Source: Candidatus Bathyarchaeota archaeon (lineage in GTDB: Archaea; Thermoproteota; Bathyarchaeia; Bathyarchaeales; Bathycorpusculaceae). From it: a stretch of DNA of 64,000 nt. Of the stretch, positions 29,218-39,054 are shown piece after piece (position 1 is the first letter of the stretch; each line of letters begins with the position of its first letter). The notes below the pieces were generated by a model. That model was not told the origin of the DNA, did not search any database, and saw only the letters and a program-made list of their open reading frames with translations. The translations under genes were made by a program, and so were the position numbers. The stretch spans positions 384,001 through 448,000 of the forward strand of contig CAWHXY010000007.1 in assembly GCA_963833575.1 (NCBI GenBank), written 5' to 3'.

Positions 29218-29389
29218 TTACTATAGAAAAGCTGGGAAAATGGATTAAGCCATTTGTGTGTATGAACAATTCACATATCATTTCTTGATAGCATCAAAAA
29301 ATTGAATGCGCCAGAAATGATTTCTACTCTCAAACTAGTTTTTTTTATAAAAGAAAAAGAAGAGGGGGAAGATTATCTTGACTATACTT

Positions 29390-29950
29390 CTAAGCTAAAG
29401 AGCCAGTTGATGCTTGAACGTTTGTCTCTTGGTAGTAGGTTGCTTGTGCTGTGAAGACCGCGAAAGATATGGTTGTGCCTATGTCAGCTGTAGAAACACT
29501 ACCAGGAGCAACGAGCCAAACACTAATGCGCGCACCAGAAGCTAGTACTATGGGACCTGTGATTCCGGTGTATGTTGTTGTAACAGATGTTAAGGCAGCT
29601 GCACCCGTAGCTGTTAAGTCTGTGCCGGCTGTGGCTGCTGATGTGAAAGCAGTGTTTGTGGCTGCTGGAAACGCTGGTTGTCCACGAACTTCTATTTGGT
29701 TGATGACTACGTCTCGTCCGCCAGTGTTAGTTATCATAAGAGCGCCTATGGCTTTTCCAGCGTTGTCGCACCAAAGGTGGGCGTATGAGATCTGCAGGCT
29801 TTCCTGTTGAACCCTTGTGCTAACAACGTTGATAGCAAAGTAAGTAACGACACCTGCGAGCAACACTGAAACCACAAGAATAATCAGCGTAGTAATGACT
29901 GTACTTAGAGCCAAGCGATTCTTCATCATTTTTCTCATTATATTTGCCAT
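29390..29950 (-). CDS. major type IV pilin, copy A
   Basis: KNRLA|LSTVITTLIILVVSVLLAGVV; QQESL; NTGGRDVVI..IEVRG. Confidence 0.9.
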   Translation of the reverse strand: MANIMRKMMKNRLALSTVITTLIILVVSVLLAGVVTYFAINVVSTRVQQESLQISYAHLWCDNAGKAIGALMITNTGGRDVVINQIEVRGQPAFPAATNTAFTSAATAGTDLTATGAAALTSVTTTYTGITGPIVLASGARISVWLVAPGSVSTADIGTTISFAVFTAQATYYQETNVQASTGSLA

Positions 29951-30083
29951 TCTATTTTAAACTCCTTTGAAAAAACCATTACACAATTTACGGATAAGTA
30001 ATCTTGTGCGTAAAAAAAAATACACATCCAAAAAAACAAAATCAAAAAACAAAAATGAATTTATTGAAAAAAGAAAGAAGAGG
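29795..30083. repeat. ~289-bp direct repeat, copy 1 (pilin 5' half plus intergenic region)
   Basis: Matches 30490-30778 at offset 695; no mismatch seen by eye. Confidence 0.9.
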
Positions 30084-30108
30084 GGGAAGATTATCTTAAT
30101 TATACTTT

Positions 30109-30645
30109 TTAAGCTAAAGAGCCAGTTGATGCTTGAACGTTTGTCTCTTGGTAGTAGGTTGCTTGTGCTGTGAAGATCGCGAAAGATATGGTTGTGCCTA
30201 TGTCAGCTGTAGAAACACTGCCAGGACTAGCGATATAAACGTTGATTGAACTGCCGGAAGCTAATACTATGGGTCCTGTGATTGCAGTTGTTAAGTCCGC
30301 TGTTTTTGCTTTAGGGGCTAAGTCTGTACCTGGTGTCGCTGTGAAAGTGTAGATTGAGGTGAGTGGTGCTACTTGTCCGCGTACTTCGATTTGGCTAATA
30401 ACTACGTCTCGTCCGCCTGTGTTGGTTAGCATAAATGCGCCTACGGCCTTGCCGGATGCATCACACCAAACGTGAGCGTATGAAACACTCAGGCTTTCCT
30501 GTTGAACCCTTGTGCTAACAACGTTGATAGCAAAGTAAGTAACGACACCTGCGAGCAACACTGAAACCACAAGAATAATCAGCGTAGTAATGACTGTACT
30601 TAGAGCCAAGCGATTCTTCATCATTTTTCTCATTATATTTGCCAT
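30109..30645 (-). CDS. major type IV pilin, copy B
   Basis: Same N-terminus and nearly same C-terminus as copy A, divergent core. Confidence 0.9.
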   Translation of the reverse strand: MANIMRKMMKNRLALSTVITTLIILVVSVLLAGVVTYFAINVVSTRVQQESLSVSYAHVWCDASGKAVGAFMLTNTGGRDVVISQIEVRGQVAPLTSIYTFTATPGTDLAPKAKTADLTTAITGPIVLASGSSINVYIASPGSVSTADIGTTISFAIFTAQATYYQETNVQASTGSLA

Positions 30646-30778
30646 TCTATTTTAAACTCCTTTGAAAAAACCATTACACAATTTACGGATAAGTAATCTT
30701 GTGCGTAAAAAAAAATACACATCCAAAAAAACAAAATCAAAAAACAAAAATGAATTTATTGAAAAAAGAAAGAAGAGG
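30490..30778. repeat. ~289-bp direct repeat, copy 2
   Basis: Matches 29795-30083. Confidence 0.9.
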
Positions 30779-30813
30779 AGAGAGCAGATAGTTTCAGGCT
30801 ACTTAATCTTATC

Positions 30814-31386
30814 CTAAGGACCTGCGTATGCTTGAACGTTTGACTCTTTGTAGTACATTGCTTGTGCCGTGAAGACCGTCATACCAATTGATAAACCGAT
30901 GTCGTTGACGTTAACACTACCCGGTGAGAGTATGTAGACAACCACAGTGTCGCCGGACGGTAGTACTATGAGGTTTGGGGCAGTTGCTAGCGAATTCGTA
31001 AAAGTTCCAACGGTTACAGTATTCAGTGTGGGGCCAGTGTTCGCAGGCGTGTATGCTAAACCTTGATTAATGTCATCAGCTTTGACGACGTTAAGATAGA
31101 ATATGCTTGTGCATGGATTTCCAAGCACTTGAATCTGGTTGATTACTACATCTCGTCCGCCAGTGTTAGTTATCATTAGGGCGGCTTCTACTGGACCTAC
31201 TGTGGCGGTTGGAGGTACCCAAATGTGATTGTTTGAAATTAAAAGACTTTCCTGTTGAACCCTTGTGCTTACGACGTTTGTAGCAAAGTAAGTTAGGACT
31301 CCCGCAAGTAATATGGAGACTACCAGAATTATGAGTGTTGTAATTACCGTAGCGAGTGCCAGACGGTTTTTGAATAGTCGGATCAT
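30814..31386 (-). CDS. major type IV pilin, copy C (more divergent paralog)
   Basis: KNRLA|LATVITTLII; NTGGRDVVINQI; VFTAQAMYYKE. Confidence 0.9.
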   Translation of the reverse strand: MIRLFKNRLALATVITTLIILVVSILLAGVLTYFATNVVSTRVQQESLLISNNHIWVPPTATVGPVEAALMITNTGGRDVVINQIQVLGNPCTSIFYLNVVKADDINQGLAYTPANTGPTLNTVTVGTFTNSLATAPNLIVLPSGDTVVVYILSPGSVNVNDIGLSIGMTVFTAQAMYYKESNVQAYAGP

Positions 31387-31704
31387 TTACTTAATTCACC
31401 TGTAGCAAAGAGAACAGACATTCCCTATTAATATCTTACGTAACAAGACTCAATATACAACATCACTATTAAAAAACACAAAAACAAACTCAAGAACACA
31501 AAAACAATACTGCCAACAAATATGTGAACTAAATTCAAAACAGTTCTTTAAGAAGACTTTAATCATGTTTAATATTCATTGCATCAATTGGTTGTTTAAC
31601 AGAAAATAGTTTCAGGTCAAAAATTCTTTATCAAAAATAAGGATTCAGCCGTCATAACCAATAATTCAAGCGTCGGCAATACATAACGTTGCAACATATA
31701 ACGC

Positions 31705-33375
31705 TTGCAAGCTGATTCAGCTATGTATCTGAAAATCAACCACCAAACCAAAATCCTATCACTAATTATAATCGTCGTATTAGTGTTCAGTCCATTATTC
31801 ATGGCTCAAGCTTCCACCATCCAAACCCAAGCCTCAACCGTCCAATTAACCACAACTTCAGAATACACGAACTACGTACGTAGCTACGTAAGCACTGAAG
31901 GAAACTGCACCTACATTGAAAAACCAATGTTCCCAGTACTAATTAACAGTTCGCAAATAGCGATCGGCGGAAACTGGACCATCATCTGTCCCTTAACGGT
32001 AGGTCACAACTACCACATCTACTTTTATGGATCATATATAAACACGTCATCCGTAGCGAAAACAGACTACGACGTTTACGTTTATGACCCAAGTGGAAAC
32101 TTGGAAAGTACACACACAGAAGCTGCGGGTCTTCCCGAACACTTAGGAACAAACGTAAGTGTTGCACTTTTTACACCTAACCAATCGGGCAATTATACGT
32201 TTTTTATTACAAATAATCCCAGTGACAGCATGGGCGCCCAACAAGCCACTTTCATGATTATTGAAACTCTGCAAACAGATCAATGGTACACCAGTAATAT
32301 CGATGGTACGGATGATAACAATTCGAGAACAGCAAATACAGCTTGGGCCTATGAGTTCGTAACTAATGAGTCCTATGTTTCATTATATGTCAAGGTTGCT
32401 AACACGCTTGACATGTACGAAGCTAGGCTTTACTTGATGAACAACGCTCAGTCGCCTACCTTAAATGACTATCCATTGCCTTGGGAACCGGGTCTGTACG
32501 GCAACTTGAGTTCTCCCGTAGGTGGATACAACTTTGACAGCAATGCCTACAGAGGTGTAGCTTACGCTAGCTGTGAATACATGGGAAAATCTATGTTTCT
32601 TAATTACACATCCGCTAACACTGGACTAAAACTTTATCATGTCGTCTTTATCGGCGAGAAAGGTTCAGGCGAAATAGAATACATGCTCAAAACTAATTTT
32701 GATAATCGAACTCTAACACCCATAAATATGCCAACGAGAATTTACCCAAACAATTCCACCGAAATCTCTTTCTCAGCAAACGGTACTTCTTCTTTACAGA
32801 CCGCTAAAATAGCCTACACAACTGATAATTGGACAAGCACTAACACTATTGATATGGCAGTCAACAATCAAACTTGCAACGCAACGATACCTGGTCAAAA
32901 AGCAGGAACAATTGTCCAGTATAGAGTTAACGCTACAGATGTTCTTGAAAATGTCCTGGAAACGTCAGGCAACTTCACAATCAAAGAGCCCTTGACTCTA
33001 AACATTACTTCAGTTGAAGACAAGATAAAACAAGGAGAAAACGTCACAATCAACGGAAGTCTTACCCCAAGCATTCAGAATGCCACAGTTAAAGTGCAAT
33101 TCTTCAGCACAAATTCTACCGAAACAATAAATTGCACTGTTAACGATGTCGGCAATTTTACTGCCACTTTCAAACCTGACACTTCTGGACTTTGGGGTGT
33201 TACAGCTACTTTGCCTGAAACACAAACGTCTTACAGGTGCGATAGCGAACAATTAATGATAACAGTAACCCCACCGCCATTTTACGTTAAATACTCACTT
33301 TTCATCCTAATCGGTTTCATTGGTGCTGTAGCAGCAGGCTCAGTAGTTTACTTTTTAAAGTTCAAAAATAAATAA
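31705..33375 (+). CDS. secreted, membrane-anchored multi-domain (Ig-like) protein
   Basis: Signal peptide; DYDVYVYDPSG; YTTDNW..ATIPGQ..VQYRV.ATD; C-terminal TM; many NxS/T sites. Confidence 0.8.
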   Translation: MQADSAMYLKINHQTKILSLIIIVVLVFSPLFMAQASTIQTQASTVQLTTTSEYTNYVRSYVSTEGNCTYIEKPMFPVLINSSQIAIGGNWTIICPLTVGHNYHIYFYGSYINTSSVAKTDYDVYVYDPSGNLESTHTEAAGLPEHLGTNVSVALFTPNQSGNYTFFITNNPSDSMGAQQATFMIIETLQTDQWYTSNIDGTDDNNSRTANTAWAYEFVTNESYVSLYVKVANTLDMYEARLYLMNNAQSPTLNDYPLPWEPGLYGNLSSPVGGYNFDSNAYRGVAYASCEYMGKSMFLNYTSANTGLKLYHVVFIGEKGSGEIEYMLKTNFDNRTLTPINMPTRIYPNNSTEISFSANGTSSLQTAKIAYTTDNWTSTNTIDMAVNNQTCNATIPGQKAGTIVQYRVNATDVLENVLETSGNFTIKEPLTLNITSVEDKIKQGENVTINGSLTPSIQNATVKVQFFSTNSTETINCTVNDVGNFTATFKPDTSGLWGVTATLPETQTSYRCDSEQLMITVTPPPFYVKYSLFILIGFIGAVAAGSVVYFLKFKNK

Positions 33376-33389
33376 TATAGCTAAGGTAC

Positions 33390-33719
33390 ATGATTAGAAT
33401 GGATAATTTTGTCGCAGTTTTAGAAGAAAAAGAGTTACAAGAAGGAACAATGAAACTGATAAGGATTGAAGGTCTACCAGTTTTACTAATTAAGCAATCT
33501 GGCCAAATTTTCGTCATCGATAATCGATGCCCACATATGGCCTGTAGCCTCGCTGGCGGAACTTTGGATGGACCAGTAATTATTTGTCCTTGCCACGACT
33601 GGCGCTTTGACCTAAAAACAGGCGAATATGACCAAGACCCATCAATGAAATTAGTGACTTACGAATGGAAAATTGAATCAGGCAAGATATGGGTGAAAAT
33701 CGAAGAAGAAGAAGAGTAA
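33390..33719 (+). CDS. Rieske 2Fe-2S ferredoxin
   Basis: CPH...CPCH..RFDLKTG. Confidence 0.92.
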   Translation: MIRMDNFVAVLEEKELQEGTMKLIRIEGLPVLLIKQSGQIFVIDNRCPHMACSLAGGTLDGPVIICPCHDWRFDLKTGEYDQDPSMKLVTYEWKIESGKIWVKIEEEEE

Positions 33720-33733
33720 AGAGAGAGGATTTT

Positions 33734-34666
33734 TCATTTAGCGGAACTTGAGATTACTTCATTTTTGTATTTATAATCTTTGCAAAATTCCCAGAAAGTC
33801 TCTGATATTTTTACGAGCGCTCTTTTTGGTCTAACTATATAGAGTTTTCTTGGGGTTTTGGCTTCCTTAATTTTAACAATTTTTATTAAGCCTGCTGCGT
33901 AGGCTTTTTTTGCAGCTATTGAAGAAATTATGCTTATGCCTCTTCCTTCTGAAACAGCAGTTACTATTGATTCGGTGCTTCCAAGAGCTAATGTAACCTT
34001 TAACTGTTCCAGGGAAAACTTGTTATTTTCAAGCAGGTGCTCAATTTCTTTTCTTGTTCCAGAAGTTTCTTCTCGGTCAATGAAAGGATACTTGATGATT
34101 TCACTTAGCATAGATGATTCCTGCTTGGCGAGTACATGATTGCATGGGACAATGAGTACTAAGTCTTCTTGTCCAACCTGGATGTAATCGAATTTTTCTT
34201 CATAACCGTGTATAGTTCCTACTGCGGCAAAATCAACATTGTTGGCTTGTAAGCTGTTTAGGCTGCTGAGGCTGTCTTCTGCTTTAATTCTAAATTTCAC
34301 ATGCGGATAACGATTTTGGAAGCCAGCAGCTAAACTGGGAATTATGTGCTCCTCAGGTATAGTGCTTGCAGCAATACTTATGGATCCAGATAGTTCTAGT
34401 TTAGCTGAGGAAATTTGGGCTTTTGCATTTTGAGTGTTTTTAAGTATTTTTTCTGCGGTTTCTTTGAGCGTTGCTCCTGCTTCCGTGAGTTCTACGCCGC
34501 TTGTTTTGCGTTTGAATAAGTCTGCATCGAAATATGCTTCTAATGCTGCTATGTGGTGGCTTACTGTACCTTGGCTGGTTTTAAGTTCTTTTGCTGCAAC
34601 CGAGAAGCTGCGTGTTCTAGCTACAACGAGGAATGTGTTGAGGTAATCGAATCGTATGGTTTCCAT
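33734..34666 (-). CDS. LysR-family regulator (selenium-metabolism-associated / CysL-like type)
   Basis: SFSVAAKELKTSQGTVSHHIAALE; IAASTIP; REETSGTR; LGSTESIVTAV; divergent from dsrE-tusA-selD. Confidence 0.9.
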   Translation of the reverse strand: METIRFDYLNTFLVVARTRSFSVAAKELKTSQGTVSHHIAALEAYFDADLFKRKTSGVELTEAGATLKETAEKILKNTQNAKAQISSAKLELSGSISIAASTIPEEHIIPSLAAGFQNRYPHVKFRIKAEDSLSSLNSLQANNVDFAAVGTIHGYEEKFDYIQVGQEDLVLIVPCNHVLAKQESSMLSEIIKYPFIDREETSGTRKEIEHLLENNKFSLEQLKVTLALGSTESIVTAVSEGRGISIISSIAAKKAYAAGLIKIVKIKEAKTPRKLYIVRPKRALVKISETFWEFCKDYKYKNEVISSSAK

Positions 34667-34797
34667 GTGCTTTGTTAGAACCCTCTTTTGTCTTGTATTT
34701 AGTTTATTTAGAGTGTTTATATGTTATATGTTTTGATAGAAAGCATTATATTAGTTTTTTTAATAATTGTTATTCAGTAAAACTGAGGTTAAAATCT

Positions 34798-35148
34798 TTG
34801 GCAAATTTCACAATAATAATTTACGAAGCACCGTATGCAAAAGAACGCGCACTTTCAGCACTAAGATTTGCATGGACCTGCGACGTAGAAGGGCATACAG
34901 TAAGAATTTGGCTGTTCGAAGACGGCGTGTACCTGGCAAAGAAAGGCCAGAAACCAGCACAAGGCTTAACCAACTATGGCCAATTGCTAGAAGACCTCAT
35001 GAAAGGCGGCACTGAAGTGAAAGCCTGCATTGTTTGTGCGGATGCTCGCGGTTTAACTCAAGCAGACTTGATTGATGGAGTAAAAATTGCGACGGTTCAT
35101 GAACTTGTTGACTGGACAGTAAAAAGTGACAAAATAATCGTGTTTTAG
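34798..35148 (+). CDS. DsrE/TusD-family sulfur relay protein
   Basis: EAPYAKE..ALRFA, LFEDGV, ACIVCADARG; GAGGT 8 nt before TTG 34798. Confidence 0.88.
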   Translation: MANFTIIIYEAPYAKERALSALRFAWTCDVEGHTVRIWLFEDGVYLAKKGQKPAQGLTNYGQLLEDLMKGGTEVKACIVCADARGLTQADLIDGVKIATVHELVDWTVKSDKIIVF

Positions 35149-35158
35149 GCGGCTATTA

Positions 35159-35383
35159 TTGGAAACTGAAAAGTTAGACGTTAAAGGAAAAATGTGTCCT
35201 ATGCCCGTAGCGTTTACGAAGCGTAGGCTGGAAAATATGTTGTCTGGGCAACTGCTGGAGGTTGTTGGTGAGGGAGAGCTTGAGTTTGATAATATCCAGC
35301 GTTGGGTAAAGAATAATGGACATCAAGTTTTAGAAAGTTCTAAATTGGAAAACGAGTTCCGTTTAATAATAAAAAAACATTGA
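35159..35383 (+). CDS. TusA/SirA/YedF-family sulfurtransferase
   Basis: LDVKGKMCPMP motif, 74 aa. Confidence 0.92.
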   Translation: METEKLDVKGKMCPMPVAFTKRRLENMLSGQLLEVVGEGELEFDNIQRWVKNNGHQVLESSKLENEFRLIIKKH

Positions 35384-35399
35384 TAATATGTGATGGAAG

Positions 35400-36419
35400 T
35401 TGGGGTACAGATTAACTAAAGCGGTTCCTGTTCACGGTTGCAGCTGCAAGCTTCCACAATATCAGCTGGGCGGTTTGTTGGATAAGGCTGGTTTGTCAGA
35501 GGGGTTTAGTGAGGAAGTGTTGGCTGGTCCATGGGAAAATTCCAGCGTGGTCAAAATCGCAGATAACCTTGCTGTCCTGAATACGCTTGATTTTTTCACT
35601 CCAATGGTAGATGAACCAGAAATTCAAGGCAGAATTGCAGGAAGCAACGTAACCAGCGATATCTACGCTTTGGCCGTCACAAACATTGTTAGTGTATTGT
35701 CGATTATGGCTTTTCCCGAGAATATGCCTGACGAGTTGGCCGTGGGGATGCTGAAAGGGTTTGGTGATTTTTGCCGTGAGATGGGTGCGCCTGTGGTTGG
35801 TGGTCACACGATAAGGAACCCTTGGCCAATTATTGGCGGTGCGGCAACAGGCATTGGTGACCCAGAAAAAATTGTCTACACTCGTGGAGCACAAGTGGGT
35901 GACCGATTATTTTTGACCAAGCCACTTGGGATTGCGCCCGCGATGGCTGCTTACCGTTTACGCAAAGAGGACGAAGGCAAAGAACTCCTCCAAGGCGTTT
36001 CCGAGGACTTAATTGATGCGGCTATCGAAGGTGCTATCAGTGGAATGATTACTTCTAACAAGCCTGTCGCAGAAGCTATGCAGAAAGTTCCAGTGCATGC
36101 TGCAACAGACGTAACAGGTTTCGGTCTTAAAGGTCACGCATCAAACATGGCGGTTCTTGGCAACGTTGACATCATCATTGACCAGTTGGCAGTAATTCGC
36201 GGCACGCCTGTGTTGACGGAAATTTTCGGTTACCCATTACTTCAGGGTGAAGCAAAGGAGACTGCTGGCGGAATGCTAATCGCCGTAGCTAAAGAAAATG
36301 TGGATACCTTGTTGAGCGAGTTGGATAAACGTAAGGTTAGGCACTTCGAAGTTGGCTATGTAATGCAAGGCCATGGAAACGTTAACGTCCTTAAAGACGC
36401 TAAGGTCATTGAGGCATAA
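35400..36419 (+). CDS. selD: selenide, water dikinase (SelD or SelD-like), Cys form
   Basis: HGCSCKL, TLDFFTPMVD, GRIA..N..SDIYA, GGHT, LTKPLG, ATDVTGFGL.GH, ETAGGML. Confidence 0.9.
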   Translation: MGYRLTKAVPVHGCSCKLPQYQLGGLLDKAGLSEGFSEEVLAGPWENSSVVKIADNLAVLNTLDFFTPMVDEPEIQGRIAGSNVTSDIYALAVTNIVSVLSIMAFPENMPDELAVGMLKGFGDFCREMGAPVVGGHTIRNPWPIIGGAATGIGDPEKIVYTRGAQVGDRLFLTKPLGIAPAMAAYRLRKEDEGKELLQGVSEDLIDAAIEGAISGMITSNKPVAEAMQKVPVHAATDVTGFGLKGHASNMAVLGNVDIIIDQLAVIRGTPVLTEIFGYPLLQGEAKETAGGMLIAVAKENVDTLLSELDKRKVRHFEVGYVMQGHGNVNVLKDAKVIEA

Positions 36420-36540
36420 TCAGCCTTTCTTTTCAAACACTTCAGTAGAGAACGTACCCGTTGTAATTTTAGCATATAATATATATTGATTAAATAACGT
36501 ATGTACTGTTAATACTTGCACATTATTTGGAGAAAGGTTC

Positions 36541-37608
36541 ATGGAAAGAAAAATAATGTCCTTAGGTAAGTCATCACTGGTTATATCTCTCCCAAAAGAA
36601 TGGATGCAATTAAACGACCTGAAAAAAGGCGACTCAGTGTCATTCAACATTCAAAGGGACCGATCCTTAGTCGTTTACCCCGGCGCTCTAAAAAAATCGG
36701 AACCAAAAGAAATAACACTTAGCGTTGGACAAAACGAAGAAGAACTACTCATATCACAGAAAATCCTCGGAGCCTTCCTAAATGGTTATTCAGGCATCAT
36801 ATTAACGTCTGAAAAAATTTTTTCAGTAACTCAAACGAAAGCGATTCGCCGCATGGCGGGCAGACTCTATATGAGAGTTATGGAAGCTGATGCAAAATGC
36901 GTTTACATTCAAAGCCTCATGGATGAGTCGAAAGCTTCTTTGGAGCAGGCTATTCAACGTATGCACCTTATCTCACGCTCAATGATTGAAGGCGCCATCA
37001 ACTCATTAAAAAGCAGCGACATCGAGCTATCAAAATCCGTGATGCCCTTGGACGATGATGTTGACCACTTTGGCTTCTTTATCCTCAGAATTCTCCGTAA
37101 CGCTGCTCAAGACCCCATCTTAGCCAACGAGTTACACGTTGATCCGCTAGATTGTATGGATCACCAAATTCTTGTCTACCGCATGGAGTACGCAGGGGAC
37201 TACGCTGCAGACATCGCGCGCCACATCATCATGCTTGACGGTGCAAAACAAAAGATTCCAGATGAAGTTTTGTCGATTATGATTTCTACTGGAAAAGAGG
37301 TTTTGGAGCTTTACATTAAAGGAATTGAAGCCTTCTTCTCAAAAGATGTCGCTGCGGCAGTTGAAATAATGAAGTACAGACAAAAAATGGACAAAGCTGA
37401 AATGGAAATAGCTACAAAATCTTTCACGGGTCCCCCAAAAAGTTCTGATCTTGTCTGCGGCATCTGCTCAATCCGCGATGATATAAAAAGAATTTGCCAC
37501 TGCGCCTTCAGTATGGCGGAAATAACAGTTAACCGTGCCTTTAAAGCGCCCAACCCTGAGTCGAGCGATTTTAGCGAATTAAACGAGCAAAAACAAAAAT
37601 TAGGTTAA
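36541..37608 (+). CDS. AbrB-PhoU phosphate uptake regulator family protein
   Basis: MERKIMSLGKSSLVISLPKEW; DDDVD; RMEYAGDYAADIA. Confidence 0.9.
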   Translation: MERKIMSLGKSSLVISLPKEWMQLNDLKKGDSVSFNIQRDRSLVVYPGALKKSEPKEITLSVGQNEEELLISQKILGAFLNGYSGIILTSEKIFSVTQTKAIRRMAGRLYMRVMEADAKCVYIQSLMDESKASLEQAIQRMHLISRSMIEGAINSLKSSDIELSKSVMPLDDDVDHFGFFILRILRNAAQDPILANELHVDPLDCMDHQILVYRMEYAGDYAADIARHIIMLDGAKQKIPDEVLSIMISTGKEVLELYIKGIEAFFSKDVAAAVEIMKYRQKMDKAEMEIATKSFTGPPKSSDLVCGICSIRDDIKRICHCAFSMAEITVNRAFKAPNPESSDFSELNEQKQKLG

Positions 37609-39054
37609 CATGGCAGAGGGCGTCAAAGTCGTTTCTTTTTTACGGCAATTTAGAAAGCTGTGTATGCTTTGTGCAGCAATTCTGCCTGAGCCCATCGCAC
37701 TAATCACTGTAGCTTCACCGGTTGCTATGTCACCGCCTGCGTAAACTGCTTCTAAACTAGTTTGGCCAGTTTCTCTATCAATCGCTATTATACCGCTGCT
37801 TAGGGTTTTCAATCCTTTGGTTGTAGCTTGAATTATCGGGTTAGGTGTGCGTCCGATGGCAACAATTACTGTGTCAACATCCAAGGTGACTTCTGAACCT
37901 TTGATTGGAACCGGTTTACTTCTTCCTGTCGCGTCAGGCTCAGTAAGTTTCATCGTTACATATTCCATGCCTTTAACTTGTCCATGATCATCAGCTATGA
38001 ACCGTGTTGGCGCAACAAGGAATTTGAAGTATATCCCTTCTTCTTCAGCGTTGGATATTTCCTCTTCTCTAGCAGGCATATCGTCTCTTGACCGACGATA
38101 AACAATAGATACCTGTTCAGCACCTAGCCGCAATGCGCATCGCGCTGAATCCAAAGCTACGTTGCCTCCGCCGATGACAGCGACTTTTTTGCCGATGTGT
38201 ATTGGTGTTTTGTACTCTGGAAACTTGTAGGACTTCATGAGGTTGACTCGAATCAAAAACTCGTTTGCCGAGTAGATTCCACAGAGATTTTCCCCTACGA
38301 TACCCATGAATTTTGGAAGACCTGCGCCTGTAGCTATAAAAACGGCGTCAAAGCCATTTGCCAGCAATTCCTCGACAGTGAAGAGTCTACCTATCAAAGC
38401 GTCAGTGTGTAATTCTACACCTATACTTTTGATGTATTCAACTTCTGTTTGAACGATATGTTTAGGTAATCGAAACTCTGGAATCCCATACACCAATACG
38501 CCGCCTGCAGTATGAAGCGCTTCATAAACCGCAACTTTATACCCTAGCTTAGCCAAATCAGCCGCCACCGTCAACCCCGCAGGGCCAGCGCCGACAACCG
38601 CTACTTTTCGTCCATTCCAAGCTTTGACATGTTTAGCTGTTGTGTCTATTTCTTGTTCAAGGTCAGGGACAAAACGCTCAAGTCGCCCAATTGACACTGA
38701 TTCGCCTTTTCTGCCCATTATACAGTATTTTTGGCATTGTTCCTCTTGAGGGCAAACCCGTCCGCATATAGCGGGGAGGCTGTTTTTTTCTCTAATTTTT
38801 GAGATGGCTTCTTGGTATTTCTTTTCTTTAATGTATTTTATGAATGCGGGAATGTCAACACCCACTGGGCAGCCGCTAACGCATTGGGGGTTTGGGCAGG
38901 TTAAGCATCTTGAAGCTTCTGCCAAGGCTTGCTCTTTAGAGTAACCCAACATTACTTCTTTGAAGTTTTCAATGCGTTCTTCTGGGTCTTGTTTTGGTGC
39001 TTTAACTGATTGCCATCGGTTCGGGGAACTGTTTAAGTTTAGTGGCTGTGGCAT
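37600..39054 (-). CDS. NfnB/SudA (GltD-like) large subunit of electron-bifurcating transhydrogenase
   Basis: EASRCLTC..CVSGCPV, CGRVCPQEEQC, GAGPAG, YGIPEFRLP, GGGNVALD, GGDIATG. Confidence 0.92.
   Translation of the reverse strand: MPQPLNLNSSPNRWQSVKAPKQDPEERIENFKEVMLGYSKEQALAEASRCLTCPNPQCVSGCPVGVDIPAFIKYIKEKKYQEAISKIREKNSLPAICGRVCPQEEQCQKYCIMGRKGESVSIGRLERFVPDLEQEIDTTAKHVKAWNGRKVAVVGAGPAGLTVAADLAKLGYKVAVYEALHTAGGVLVYGIPEFRLPKHIVQTEVEYIKSIGVELHTDALIGRLFTVEELLANGFDAVFIATGAGLPKFMGIVGENLCGIYSANEFLIRVNLMKSYKFPEYKTPIHIGKKVAVIGGGNVALDSARCALRLGAEQVSIVYRRSRDDMPAREEEISNAEEEGIYFKFLVAPTRFIADDHGQVKGMEYVTMKLTEPDATGRSKPVPIKGSEVTLDVDTVIVAIGRTPNPIIQATTKGLKTLSSGIIAIDRETGQTSLEAVYAGGDIATGEATVISAMGSGRIAAQSIHSFLNCRKKETTLTPSAMLT

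Noticed and set aside
29390-30645. Diversity-generating retroelement acting on the pilins
   Set aside because: No reverse transcriptase in the window, and the differences include indels and are not adenine-specific
29390-31386. Archaellum (archaellin) operon
   Set aside because: No flaF/G/H-like genes in the locus; the accessory genes are pilus-type, so called a type IV pilus
35378-35386. tusA ending CAT-TGA-TAA as possible C-terminal Sec
   Set aside because: The protein is already full TusA length with its catalytic CPxP; tandem stops are common
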